Below are positions 1-11,423 of a DNA stretch of 64,000 bases, in pieces. A program made the translations under genes and the position numbers. The DNA comes from Piromyces finnis finn. Its lineage: Eukaryota; Fungi; Neocallimastigomycota. The DNA is taken from NCBI GenBank assembly GCA_002104945.1, contig MCFH01000002.1, forward strand, positions 558,001 to 622,000, in the 5' to 3' direction. Each line of letters begins with the position of its first letter. Within the stretch, counting starts at the first letter, position 1. Below the pieces are notes generated by a model. It searched no databases, was not told the origin of the DNA, and saw only the letters and a list, made by a program, of their open reading frames with translations.

Positions 1-16
1 AAAAAAAAAAATTACT

Positions 17-312
<296 letters not shown>

Positions 313-565
313 TTTGTTTACTTATTTATTGGTTGATTGGTTGGTTAGTTGGTTAATTTATTATTATAAATTAAACTTCTATAATACTTATTATTAAAAA
401 AAGCTGTTATATATACTTCGTTAAATTGTGATTACTTAATGTAATATAAAATTTTTATTTTTTTTATGATTATTTAGTTTTTAAATTTTCTATTATTATT
501 ATTTTATTTTGATTTCATCATTTAATATTTATAAATATTAAAATGCTGAATAAATATAATTTTTT

Positions 566-1807
566 TTAAGTTATTTCTCTAAAGAGAGATATTTTTCTTA
601 TGAAATAAATGATTATAAAACTAATGAAATAGATAATAAAGGATGATACTGGAACCCACCATAATGTATTGTAAGTGTCATTTGGTATAGCTTGCTTTAA
701 TATTCTAATAATATTATAATGAAGTAAATAAATACCAAATGAACAATCTGATAATGTTATTAATACTTTTTTAAAAGATTTATATTCTATTAATTTGTCA
801 ATATATTTTTTTACAGGGTATTTAAAGAAAACAAATGTTCCTATCGATTCCATAACAACATTAATACAGTGAAAATCTACAAAATAAAAGTCGGTTCTTT
901 TTAAATAAAGTGAATAACCACATCTTAATGCAAAAGTTAATAATGTTCCAAGAATACCAATAATATAAGAGAGGTAGATATAAATCTTTTTTGAAAACTC
1001 TTTATTTAACAGGTATCCTAATAAATAATAAACGATATAACTTCCAGAAATCTCTACTAATAAACTTTTAGTATAATTTGTTATGACTTTAAATTCTTTT
1101 ATTTTAAGATAATCATAAAATATAGTATGAAGAGTTGGAATTAATTGTGATATAATACTAAAAAGAATGCAGGTATACCAAGTAATATGTCTATCTGGTG
1201 TTATTTTTTTAATAATTGGTGTTACCATATAAAGACCAATAACAAAATTTAAATACCAAAGATGGTTATGGTTAGAAACAAGTGTATTTAAAATTGTACT
1301 TGATATTGTTTTTTTATAATTGTGAAAATCTTTATTATTATATATATATTTAAATATATTCTCTTCAAAAACATTATAATATACCGTCCAAAATAAATAA
1401 CTTTTGAAAATACGAAAAATATATTTTGAAAACATCGTTTTACAAGAAAGCTCTTTTTTTGGATTTAAAAATAAAATGCCACTAATCATAATAAATAAAG
1501 GAACACATGTTCTTGAAAAACAATTATAAAAGACCGATATAAAATAATGTTTTGAACCAAACTTTAATGAACGAGTATTCGCTGTATGAGTTAGGACTAC
1601 TAGATAATTGGCATATACTCTTAATGCATCCATCCAATATTCTCTTTTTTTTACATATCTTTCTACAGGGGTTTCTAAACCATTTTCTGTGGTTTTCTCA
1701 ATTAATGTTTGTAATTCATTATTGTCAATAATATCTAAATTTACTTCATTTGAATTCTTATCAGAAAAAACTTCTCCTTCATATTTCTTAATATTAGAGT
1801 AGTCCAT
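566..1807 (-). CDS. Acyltransferase family 3 (OafA/YiaH-like) multi-pass membrane O-acyltransferase, intronless
   Basis: Motifs REYWMDALRV...VVLTH, VPLFIMISG, HLWYL and SFGIYLLH, with ~10 hydrophobic segments. The ORF track starts at a TTG (1813); the first ATG is at 1807. Confidence 0.85.
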   Translation of the reverse strand: MDYSNIKKYEGEVFSDKNSNEVNLDIIDNNELQTLIEKTTENGLETPVERYVKKREYWMDALRVYANYLVVLTHTANTRSLKFGSKHYFISVFYNCFSRTCVPLFIMISGILFLNPKKELSCKTMFSKYIFRIFKSYLFWTVYYNVFEENIFKYIYNNKDFHNYKKTISSTILNTLVSNHNHLWYLNFVIGLYMVTPIIKKITPDRHITWYTCILFSIISQLIPTLHTIFYDYLKIKEFKVITNYTKSLLVEISGSYIVYYLLGYLLNKEFSKKIYIYLSYIIGILGTLLTFALRCGYSLYLKRTDFYFVDFHCINVVMESIGTFVFFKYPVKKYIDKLIEYKSFKKVLITLSDCSFGIYLLHYNIIRILKQAIPNDTYNTLWWVPVSSFIIYFISFIIIYFIRKISLFREIT

Positions 1808-2521
1808 TAACAAAATATTTTTAGCTTATTATTTTAGTGTTGTTTGTTGTTATTACTCTTTATTTTTTACTTTTAACTATAATATATATATTTTTTTTTT
1901 CTCTTTTTAATTTTATGTATATATATGATAATTATAATTCAATTATTTATTCTTTTTTTTTTACAGCCAAGTTTTATTTAAAAATTATTTTACTATATAT
2001 TTTTTCTTTATTTTATATATATATATATTATGTCACATGATTTTTGAACACACATTCTTATTGCACATCGATTATTACAATTCGAATTTAAATATAAGTA
2101 ATATATGTGTATATATAAAAAAAAATTTCTTGATATTACATTTTTAATTTTACATATTTATGTAAATAAAAAATATATATTGAACAATTTTTTATTTATT
2201 TTTTAATATTAAAAAAAAGATAATTTAACCATTTTATAAAATAATAAAATGAAATAATTATAAAAATTATAGAAAAAAAAAAAAAAAAAAAAAAAACTCA
2301 TAAATTTCATAATGTACTTATTTTAATTATTTTTATTCATTATGTTTAACTAAAATAAAATTAAACAAAACATTTAATTTAGCGGTTATAAAAAAATTAA
2401 AAAAGCTTTATAATAAAATAAAATACTTTCATTAATAATATAGAATAAAAAAATAAAATAATAAAAAAAAAAAAAAAAAAAAAAAAAAGAAAAATTAATA
2501 TTAATATTTCATCTTTATACC

Positions 2522-2523
<2 letters not shown>

Positions 2524-2577
<54 letters not shown>

Positions 2578-5500
2578 GGCATCAAATATTTTTACACTTT
2601 ATTATTAATTTAATTAAAATTATAATACATGTAATAAAAAATTAAAAATAAATAAAAATAAAAAAAATATGTTTAAATAAACACAAATGAATAAAAATTG
2701 GGTATAATGTATTCTAGTAATTTTAATTAAAGTAAGAAAGCCACTATCATACTAAAGTATAATAATTGTATTTGACTTCCAATGGGACACCGAGCCAAAG
2801 ATCAAAATTTTATCATGGAACAAAATTATGATCTCCATTGGTTGCGCTGGCCCTCCTGGCCTGTCTTACTGTTTCTTCAGCATTGACGCTCTTGGATGTT
2901 GCTTCAAACCTTTTGAACATTGACCATTGCTGGCCAATAGCAAAAGGCATGATTTTGGTTAGAAGTTCCGCGGTTACCGTCAAGAATGGTGTTCCTTCGT
3001 TAGTATCAGATTGAATCTGACGCTTACAAAGTTCTTTCCATTCCCTTGAATTGTAATTAATATTGTTAAAACTTCTTCCCCCAAGAAGGAATTTAAATAT
3101 TTTACTGTACACACTAGAATAATCATACACATTAATATTCACCGGATTATTAGAACTATTACTATCATTAACTAAATTACTATCTAAATTAGAATTATTA
3201 TCTTCACTATTGCTATCATTACTAATATTATTATTTCTATTATTGTTATTATTACTATTGTTACTATTACTATTGTTACTATTACTATTGTTATTACTAC
3301 TATTGTTACTATTACTATTAATGTTATTACTATCTCTACTGATATTATCAATTTCATTATTATTGATAGGACTATTGGAATTACGTTGACTGAAAAAATT
3401 TAATAGCTGAACTATGGAATCATAATGTTTAATACGGATATCTCTAAATGTTGGACAATCTAATAACCAATGTTTAATACTTTGAACACCACACTTGCAA
3501 CATGGACAGTAGTTAGGACAAACTGGATCAACAAATTTGGCAGCTTTGGCAACTCTAGCATCCAACTTGTATCCGCTTCTTGCTTTCAATAGCCAGTAGA
3601 AGCCATAGGCAAACTCTGGGTACTCATAACATAATTTAATAAAATCTTTAGTTTCAATAAATTTATTATCATCATAATATTGCGCTTTGATTGAATTCCC
3701 TTTGAGATCTTTCCAATAAAAGTTTTTAACTGCTTTAACATCTCCATGTTTCTTTAGTTTTTTATCAAGTGTCCTACTTGATTTGCACCACGTGTATTTT
3801 CTAAATTTAGGAATGTAATTGACAAGGTGTGAGATAATACAATTTGAGTTTTTCCATTTGTTAAAACATCTAACCTGAGCTAACGCACATTTGGCTGACA
3901 ATGGAGGAATATTCAAATCTTTTGAGATAGAGTATAAAGATATAAACGATACAGCTTTATGAACTCCGGCAACCCATCGTATTCCTTTGTTAACATGCTT
4001 CTGAGCAATTCTAGACCTAGCTTTGTTGGATCCAAGTAATGGTGCAAAGTATGAAACTCTGCTGATTACTTGTGAGTTAAGTACTAGTTTTTTGAAAGGA
4101 ATAGGAATATTAGGATTTCTTAAGAATTTACTGACTGAGAAAAGTCCTTTCAAAACCTTGTTATTAAGAGCTTTAATTACTGGTTTAAGGGACAGATTCT
4201 TATCAAATGGAACACCAAGATAAGTATAGCAATCAGTAGTTGGAATGGGTTGTCCTGCTAAGTAAAATGTTGGATCTCTCTTGTTCTGATTTTCTATTGA
4301 TTCAGGACGAATCACCATCGTTGAACATTTCTGGATACCAAATTCCATTTCATTATACAGTGCCCATTCATTAACTCTTCTAAGCATCTTTTTTAAGCAT
4401 CCTCTTGTTGGAGCACAAATAACTATATCATCTGCAAAAAGTCCACCACAGCATCGAGTGTCACCTAAACTGACTCCGAGATCTTCGCACTCTCTAAATA
4501 TATCATTAATAAAGAGATTAAAGAGAATAGGAGAAAGAGGGCATCCTTGACGGACTCCTTTCTTCACATCAAAAGATTTCGAGAATTGTCCATCTAATTT
4601 GACATTAGCCTTAGATGTTAAATATAAATTTTTGATAAATTGTAGACTCTTACCTCGGATTCCTAAACAATCTAATTTATGGAGAATATTACCGATTGGG
4701 ACTGAATCGTATGCTTTCCTGAGATCTAAAAAGGCCAAATATGTCTCTTTATTATCTAATTGACGTCTACGGCATATTTCTTGGATTGAAATGAAAAGAC
4801 TAATACTTTCTTCCTTTTTTCGAAAACCAAATTGTTCAGGTCTAATGAAATTATTCTTTAGACCATATTCTGAGATTCTAGTGGTGACAATTTTGGAAAT
4901 CAACTTAATACCATTATTGATAAGTGATATACCTCGATAGTTATCACAATCTGTCAAATCTCCCTTCTTAGGAATAGAAACAATACTGGATTCATTCCAT
5001 GAGTTGGGGAAATCTCCATCCCAAATACGGTTGAATAATTTAAGAATAAAATTTAAACCATGAGCATCATTATCTGAAGTAGTATTACCAGAAGAATTAT
5101 TATCTGTAGCATTATTAGAATCATTACTTGATGGAATTAATGCTTTGTAAAATTCAATTGGAATACCATCCGGACCTGATGCTTTATAATTTGGAGTAGT
5201 GAGGATAGCTGACTTGACTTCATCAATACTAATATCTTGGTTGATATCCCACTCATCAAGCATAGGAAGTGAAAAACGTTTATTCATTGGTTCTTCATAC
5301 CAATGCTCCAAATCAAGACTTACACCACTTGGGTCTGATGCAAGCTTTTCGAAATGATCATGCCACACTTCTAGTTGTTCTTCCGTAGCAACAACTAATT
5401 CTCCATTTTTATTTTTAATTGGTTGAGCAATAAAGAAAGAATCTTTTCCAATTTTTGCAGTTTTCTTGATCCATTTCCAGGCCTTCTTAGGATTATGACT

Positions 5501-6310
5501 CTTCATATACTCACATCCTGTTTTAATCCAATGAAGATATTCTTGCTTCCTAAATTCATTACATCTTTTGTGGATGTAATCAATGAGTTTACGGTAGATT
5601 TTAATTCTTTTAATAAATTCATCTATATCATAAATTCTTTCTTTTTTAAATCTCTTATACAACTTCATTTTGATTTTTTGAAGATTAAAAATTTGTTGTG
5701 AAATATGAAATGAAGACTTTATAACATTATTTGCTGAAGTAATACTGAGCTCGTCTGCAATTGAGAAAGCAGTTGAAGTAAACTCTTTGGAAAGTTCATC
5801 TGTAGAAACATTAGGATCGTTGGATTTTGCTGAAAGTATTTGGAATTTATTATGACTGAGAATAGATTCCTTTTCCTCAATACATTTTAATCTATTCCAT
5901 TTCAGAATTTTCTTAGGAACATTAAAGTCATTAGAAAAATCTTCCATAGGAATAATTTTACCATTAATAAGAAGTGGCTTATGGTCTGATACAGGATAAA
6001 AATTATTTATAAATGATCCTGAGTGAATAAGATCTTTCATCTTCGAATTGATAAGAGCATGGTCAATGTCGGAAGATTGATCACCTCGAGTCCAAGAGAT
6101 AGTAGACCCTCTAAGCGGAAGAATTTCCCAATCTCCTAATCCATTAGTTGATAACCAGTTGGATAATTTTACTTTAGACATATTAAAATCACCAACAAGA
6201 ATCGATGGATGGGATGAATGAGTTTGTAACCACAAGCGAACTTCTAACTTTGCATGATCAACATAGATGTTGTGATGACTATGAGGCATATAAACATTAC
6301 CAATCGAGCA
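2524..6310 (-). mobile_element. Non-LTR retrotransposon (LINE, APE-type), 5'-truncated, with 3' UTR and ~51-nt poly(A) tail
   Basis: ORF2-like reading frame. The 3' UTR is shared with the copy at ~39340-39575. The T-run at 2524-2574 on the + strand is the poly(A) tail. No target-site duplication recognised. Confidence 0.92.
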
Positions 6311-6340
6311 TTTGAATCTATTATATTTTATTTTATTCAT
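2813..6340 (-). CDS. LINE ORF2: C-terminal half of AP-endonuclease, reverse transcriptase, CCHC zinc knuckle, Asn-rich tract
   Basis: Endonuclease motifs ILVGDFN, IDHALIN, SDHKP. RT motifs GPDGIP, NYRGISL, QFGFR, FLDLRKAYDSV, GVRQGCPLSPILFN, LFADD, YLGV. Zinc knuckle CPCCKC...KHWLLDCP. Confidence 0.93.
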   Translation of the reverse strand: MNKIKYNRFKCSIGNVYMPHSHHNIYVDHAKLEVRLWLQTHSSHPSILVGDFNMSKVKLSNWLSTNGLGDWEILPLRGSTISWTRGDQSSDIDHALINSKMKDLIHSGSFINNFYPVSDHKPLLINGKIIPMEDFSNDFNVPKKILKWNRLKCIEEKESILSHNKFQILSAKSNDPNVSTDELSKEFTSTAFSIADELSITSANNVIKSSFHISQQIFNLQKIKMKLYKRFKKERIYDIDEFIKRIKIYRKLIDYIHKRCNEFRKQEYLHWIKTGCEYMKSHNPKKAWKWIKKTAKIGKDSFFIAQPIKNKNGELVVATEEQLEVWHDHFEKLASDPSGVSLDLEHWYEEPMNKRFSLPMLDEWDINQDISIDEVKSAILTTPNYKASGPDGIPIEFYKALIPSSNDSNNATDNNSSGNTTSDNDAHGLNFILKLFNRIWDGDFPNSWNESSIVSIPKKGDLTDCDNYRGISLINNGIKLISKIVTTRISEYGLKNNFIRPEQFGFRKKEESISLFISIQEICRRRQLDNKETYLAFLDLRKAYDSVPIGNILHKLDCLGIRGKSLQFIKNLYLTSKANVKLDGQFSKSFDVKKGVRQGCPLSPILFNLFINDIFRECEDLGVSLGDTRCCGGLFADDIVICAPTRGCLKKMLRRVNEWALYNEMEFGIQKCSTMVIRPESIENQNKRDPTFYLAGQPIPTTDCYTYLGVPFDKNLSLKPVIKALNNKVLKGLFSVSKFLRNPNIPIPFKKLVLNSQVISRVSYFAPLLGSNKARSRIAQKHVNKGIRWVAGVHKAVSFISLYSISKDLNIPPLSAKCALAQVRCFNKWKNSNCIISHLVNYIPKFRKYTWCKSSRTLDKKLKKHGDVKAVKNFYWKDLKGNSIKAQYYDDNKFIETKDFIKLCYEYPEFAYGFYWLLKARSGYKLDARVAKAAKFVDPVCPNYCPCCKCGVQSIKHWLLDCPTFRDIRIKHYDSIVQLLNFFSQRNSNSPINNNEIDNISRDSNNINSNSNNSSNNNSNSNNSNSNNSNNNNNRNNNISNDSNSEDNNSNLDSNLVNDSNSSNNPVNINVYDYSSVYSKIFKFLLGGRSFNNINYNSREWKELCKRQIQSDTNEGTPFLTVTAELLTKIMPFAIGQQWSMFKRFEATSKSVNAEETVRQARRASATNGDHNFVP

Positions 6341-7291
6341 TTAAAATTTATTTGTTTTTGTCATTGTGCTTTATTGCTATTTTTTTTTTTTTTTAATACT
6401 TTAATTATTATTGTATAAATAATAATGTCGTTATATTTTAAATTCTTTTTCTTAAAAATAATTTAATTGCTTTAATATGATAAGATTTAATTAAAATTAA
6501 TAATGAAAATAAAACAAATAAAAGTAAAAGAAAAAAAATGAAAACTTCATATGTGTTAAGGTTTAACGTTAACAATATACTCCATTTCCAAATATTTTTC
6601 TTTTTTTAATCTTTTATTTTTTATTATTTTCTAATAATTCTATATTACAAATATATATATATATTACTTAATAATGGTTAATTTGTGTTTTTAAATAAGT
6701 ACAGTTGTTTATATATATATATTATTTTTTTAATTTATGTTATTTTTATTTTAAACGTTTGTTTTAAGTATTTTGTTTTGCTTTGCTTTTTGCTTTAATT
6801 TTTTTTTTTTAGTTTGTTTTGTTTATGATTGTATGACGTTTTTTGGTATAAATAAATATTTACTAAAAAATAAAATATTACTTAGTTATCATTTTGGAAT
6901 ATTCATAAATTTATATTTATTTTATATTAATATTAATCAAATTATATATATATATATTGATGTGATTGAAATAAATAATAATAATTGTAATTACGATTTG
7001 AATTATATATAATTTACTGAAAAATAAAAAATAAAACAAAAATTAGAAAAAAAATTAAATTCAAAATATATATACATAATAATTGGACTTTACTGTCCAA
7101 TTACTTATTATATATATTTTTTTTTTTTCTTTAATTAACTTTTAATTCTTTTTCTTTTCGATATAGTGCGTATATAAATGATAATTTGAATTTTATAAAT
7201 AAATTGCACAAAGATAGATAGTTCGATAATAAATACTTCAAAAATATTATAATATAAATTTCATTCTCTAACATTTAAAATCATTTACGAT

Positions 7292-8263
7292 TTATTTGTG
7301 TTTTTTATCATTGGTAATATTATTAGCATTATCTGATGTTTCAACACTTGTAACTATGACACCATGTTGATGTTCCTCTGGACAATTTGGACAATTTTCA
7401 GTAGCACCAACAATAAGACCATCAGTGTTCTCAATTTCTTCAAGATCATCATCTGGACCAACACTTTCTGGAAGAGGGTCATATTTTGTATTCATATTGG
7501 TTGGTAATGGAATACCCAAGTGCTCATGAATAAACATAACATCTTTCTTATGATGAGAAGCAAAAGATTTGTATTTATTATAGAAAGCTTGTGGTTCCAT
7601 TTGACCATTAAGCATTTTAGTGAAAGCCTTTGAACGCTTAATAAAGTACTTTTCTAAAATCTTAAAGTTCTTTAAATTAGCCTTGTGGAAGAAATCAGCA
7701 ATATCACCAATAACTGAAATAAAACCAACTGCTGAATCAACAACTAAATTACCAATCATTTTAGAGTAAACCTTTTTATCTAAACCACCCTTTTGAGCAA
7801 TACCAATAAAACCAAGACCAAGGAAAACACCAGCAAAATCACCAATAATTGGAACAAAACCAACCAATGGATCAATTGGGATATTAATACCACCAACAGG
7901 AATACCACTATCAAGTCTCTTTGCATATTTCTTGGCTCTTCTCAATATCTTTGCGTCTTTCTTTGGCATAACAAAAGTGACAGTCTTCTTTTTTCCAATA
8001 AAGTTATCTAAAACACCATTTTTATGGTACTTTGAGACAGTAGTATTATATGGAAATTGGATATTTTCATCATCATCAGAAAAATCGCTATCAGAAAGGT
8101 ATACATGATCATCCTTTAAATATATCTTCTTTAAACGATTATTATTTTGAAGATTGATTGGATTTCTGTTACTTGGCATTGGAGGAACTGAAGAATCAGA
8201 TATGAATGGTCTATCATTTGGAATGTCACCTTCACTGAAATAACCACTTTGTTTTGGACTCAT
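7292..8263 (-). CDS. DUF4112 family membrane protein
   Basis: AKRLDSGIP...DPLVGFVPIIGDF...KMIGNLVVDSAVGFISVIGDIADFFHKAN resembles the DUF4112 pattern. First ATG at 8263; the ORF track start at 8305 is TTG. Confidence 0.75.
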   Translation of the reverse strand: MSPKQSGYFSEGDIPNDRPFISDSSVPPMPSNRNPINLQNNNRLKKIYLKDDHVYLSDSDFSDDDENIQFPYNTTVSKYHKNGVLDNFIGKKKTVTFVMPKKDAKILRRAKKYAKRLDSGIPVGGINIPIDPLVGFVPIIGDFAGVFLGLGFIGIAQKGGLDKKVYSKMIGNLVVDSAVGFISVIGDIADFFHKANLKNFKILEKYFIKRSKAFTKMLNGQMEPQAFYNKYKSFASHHKKDVMFIHEHLGIPLPTNMNTKYDPLPESVGPDDDLEEIENTDGLIVGATENCPNCPEEHQHGVIVTSVETSDNANNITNDKKHK

Positions 8264-11200
8264 TTTTTCTTTTATATATTCACTACAATAACTACAAAGT
8301 TCCAATATAAATAATATCTAAGGGGAATTTTATATAAAACAATATTTATAAGTATACAAAATTGTCTAAAGGTAATAATATAATATTTATATTTTTTGAG
8401 TTTTTTAAGGAAATACTTACAATAGAACTGACTATATAATGGAATACTCGAATCGTTTTTGACTAATTTATACTGATAGAAAAAAAAGATTTTATTATAA
8501 ATGGATAAAATCTTTTTTAAAAAAAATTATAAATATACGAAAAAGGTAATAATTCAAAAGTTTGTTTTTAATGGTTTATCTGACTATAAAAATTATTATT
8601 CTATAGTTTTTAACTATTTTTCTGTTATTTTTTTTTTAGTTATTGTTTGTTTTAGTTTTTTAAGCTAATAATTATCAAATTTTACTCTTTTTTTTTCTTT
8701 CGTTTCGTTAAAATATCTTTTTTTTTAATTTATTTCCTATTCAGAAATTAAAAATAAAAAAATATTGTTGATTTTAAAAAAATAAAAATTATTATCGTCT
8801 TTTTTATATTTTTTAAATTTTGAGGTTTCACTAAATAAAATTAATAAACTGTATATATTGTAATATAATGTAATATATATAATATTTTTAATATAATTAG
8901 ATTCATTTAAATGATATACATATTTAGTAAATGTTTAATTTTTTCAATAAACTTTATTATTATATGTTTGGATTAATATAAAACAAAATAAAATATATTA
9001 TTTATATATATATTTTAATAATATCAATATATTTGAAAATATATACAATTATATTATTAATAATTATTTAAATTATTTCAGTTTATAAATATCAAAATAT
9101 TTAATTACATAATATATTACAATATATTATAAATTGTAAAAATATTGTAAACATTTATATTAATGTATTTAAAATATATTTTAAATAAGAACAAACCTTT
9201 CTATAAATATTGACAGTATGTTAAACTTGAATAAATAGTAAGTTTTAATTAATATATATTAAACTATTCATTAAGTTTTAAAAAAAGTATTATAATCAAA
9301 GAATAAAGATTTTTTTAATGAATTTTTAAAAATCGACAACAAAAATCTCTTTATTGATGATGCTATATAATGAATCTATAATAAATATTGTTTTCAGCAT
9401 ATATGCATATATATTAATAATTCATGATATGTGAAACTCTATTAAAAGTGGCTAATTGGATCAAATAATAATCAATAAACTTTAAAAAATTACTAATAAA
9501 AATTTCATAATAACGATTTTATTATGAATTAAGCTTTTTACTATCAATCTTAATTTCAAATATTTTTAATTAATATATTTATTTAAATTAATATTTATTT
9601 ATTCATTTACATTTATATTTAACTTTTATTATTATAATTTATTGTTTAATCCTCCTAATTCTAAATCTAGTAATAATTCTTAATTAATATATGATATTTG
9701 ATTATATTATTCATTATAAACACAATGATATATAATTATAATTATTCAATTAATAAAAAAAGTCAGTTTTAAAGTATATATATAATAAAATAAAATTATT
9801 ATTAGTAATATACACTTTTATAATTTAAATTTTGATGATTAAAAGTATAAAAATTTATAATAAAAAAAAAGTAATTAAAGCCTCCAATCTTGATTTAACT
9901 ATATTATTTAGTATTAATAAAATTCATGGTAAAATCTTAAATAGAATAATATAAGCAAAAATAAGTAAAAATAATTATAACGATAATAATAATATAATGT
10001 ATATATACTACAATTATTATTACAGGACATAATAAAAATTATTTATAATAATATTATATTAATGATAATATTTTAAAAAGAAAGAGTTAATGTTAATAGC
10101 GTTAATAATGATAATAATAAATATTAATAATTAATTATAATTTATTACTTTAGAATAACAAATGAATTATTATTACAGGGCAGACAAGTGATTAATTTAA
10201 AGAATAGTTTGCCACTATTCTTATAAAAAAGATTGATATCAAATGATATTTCTTTATTAATAAAAATCATGATGTATACATTATGTAATAAAAATTTTGT
10301 ATATTTTAATATTAATAATGTAATAGAATGTATCAGTTATTGAAGAGAAAAAAATTAAGAAAAATCTTGAAGAAAATGTTTGGTTAACCTTAATCAAGAG
10401 TCATTACTAATTTTGTTTAAACTTTTTTATAATTAAAAATCCAGCCTTTTTTTTAATCCACTAAAATAGTTTTCATTTTAATAATTAATAATAACAAACT
10501 AAATATAAGCTAAATAATTATTAGTATTTAAAAACTTTATACAGAATTTTTAATTAACTATCAAAAAAAAACAAATAAAAAAGTAAAAGAAATGTTATTA
10601 AATTAACTAAACAAAAGTTATGAGAAAAAAATACTATAAAAATAATTTTTATAAAAAAGGTTATAAAAATATTACAGTCATATTACTTATGATTATTAAT
10701 TATTATTATTACCATTGTTATAAATGATAAAAATAAAAATTTGATATTTTTTAAAATCTATTCCTGTATTGTATTTATAATTTATAATTTATATATTTAT
10801 ATTATTATTGATAAAGATTATAGTTATAAAAAAAAAAAGTTTTTTCTTTAAATAAAATAAAATAAAAAATAATTGATTATCAACTTTTAAGTAATGCTTA
10901 CTATTATTTATTTATTTATTTATATTTTCATTATTATTATTTTTATTTTACAATTCAAAGATTAAGTTAAAGTTAATATTTTTAATAAATTTAAACATGG
11001 GTTAGGTTTATAAATGCATCTAATTTATGAAATTTCAACATTTTAATGATAAGTTATTATAAAATAAAATGCATAACCAATATACATGATAAATTGATTA
11101 TCTTCACTCTATGTTATATCAAAATCAATTAGTATATTAAAATTATTTTATTAGTTTTATTCTATTGAATGAATTAATTTTCTATAATCATTTCTGTTAA

Positions 11201-11323
11201 TGCTTATATTTATTATACAAAAAATATATTATTTATTTTATTTATACTTTTTTTATATTATTATTATTATTATTATTATTAATATTATAAACACAACAAA
11301 TTGGATGAATTTATTATTCTTTC

Positions 11324-11423
<100 letters not shown>

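Noticed and set aside
2397-2585. Poly-Lys/Phe ORF
   Set aside because: Translation of the LINE poly(A) tail and adjacent homopolymers.
6290-6360. Target-site duplication for LINE copy 1
   Set aside because: No match found between the sequence beyond the poly(A) tail and the 5' junction.
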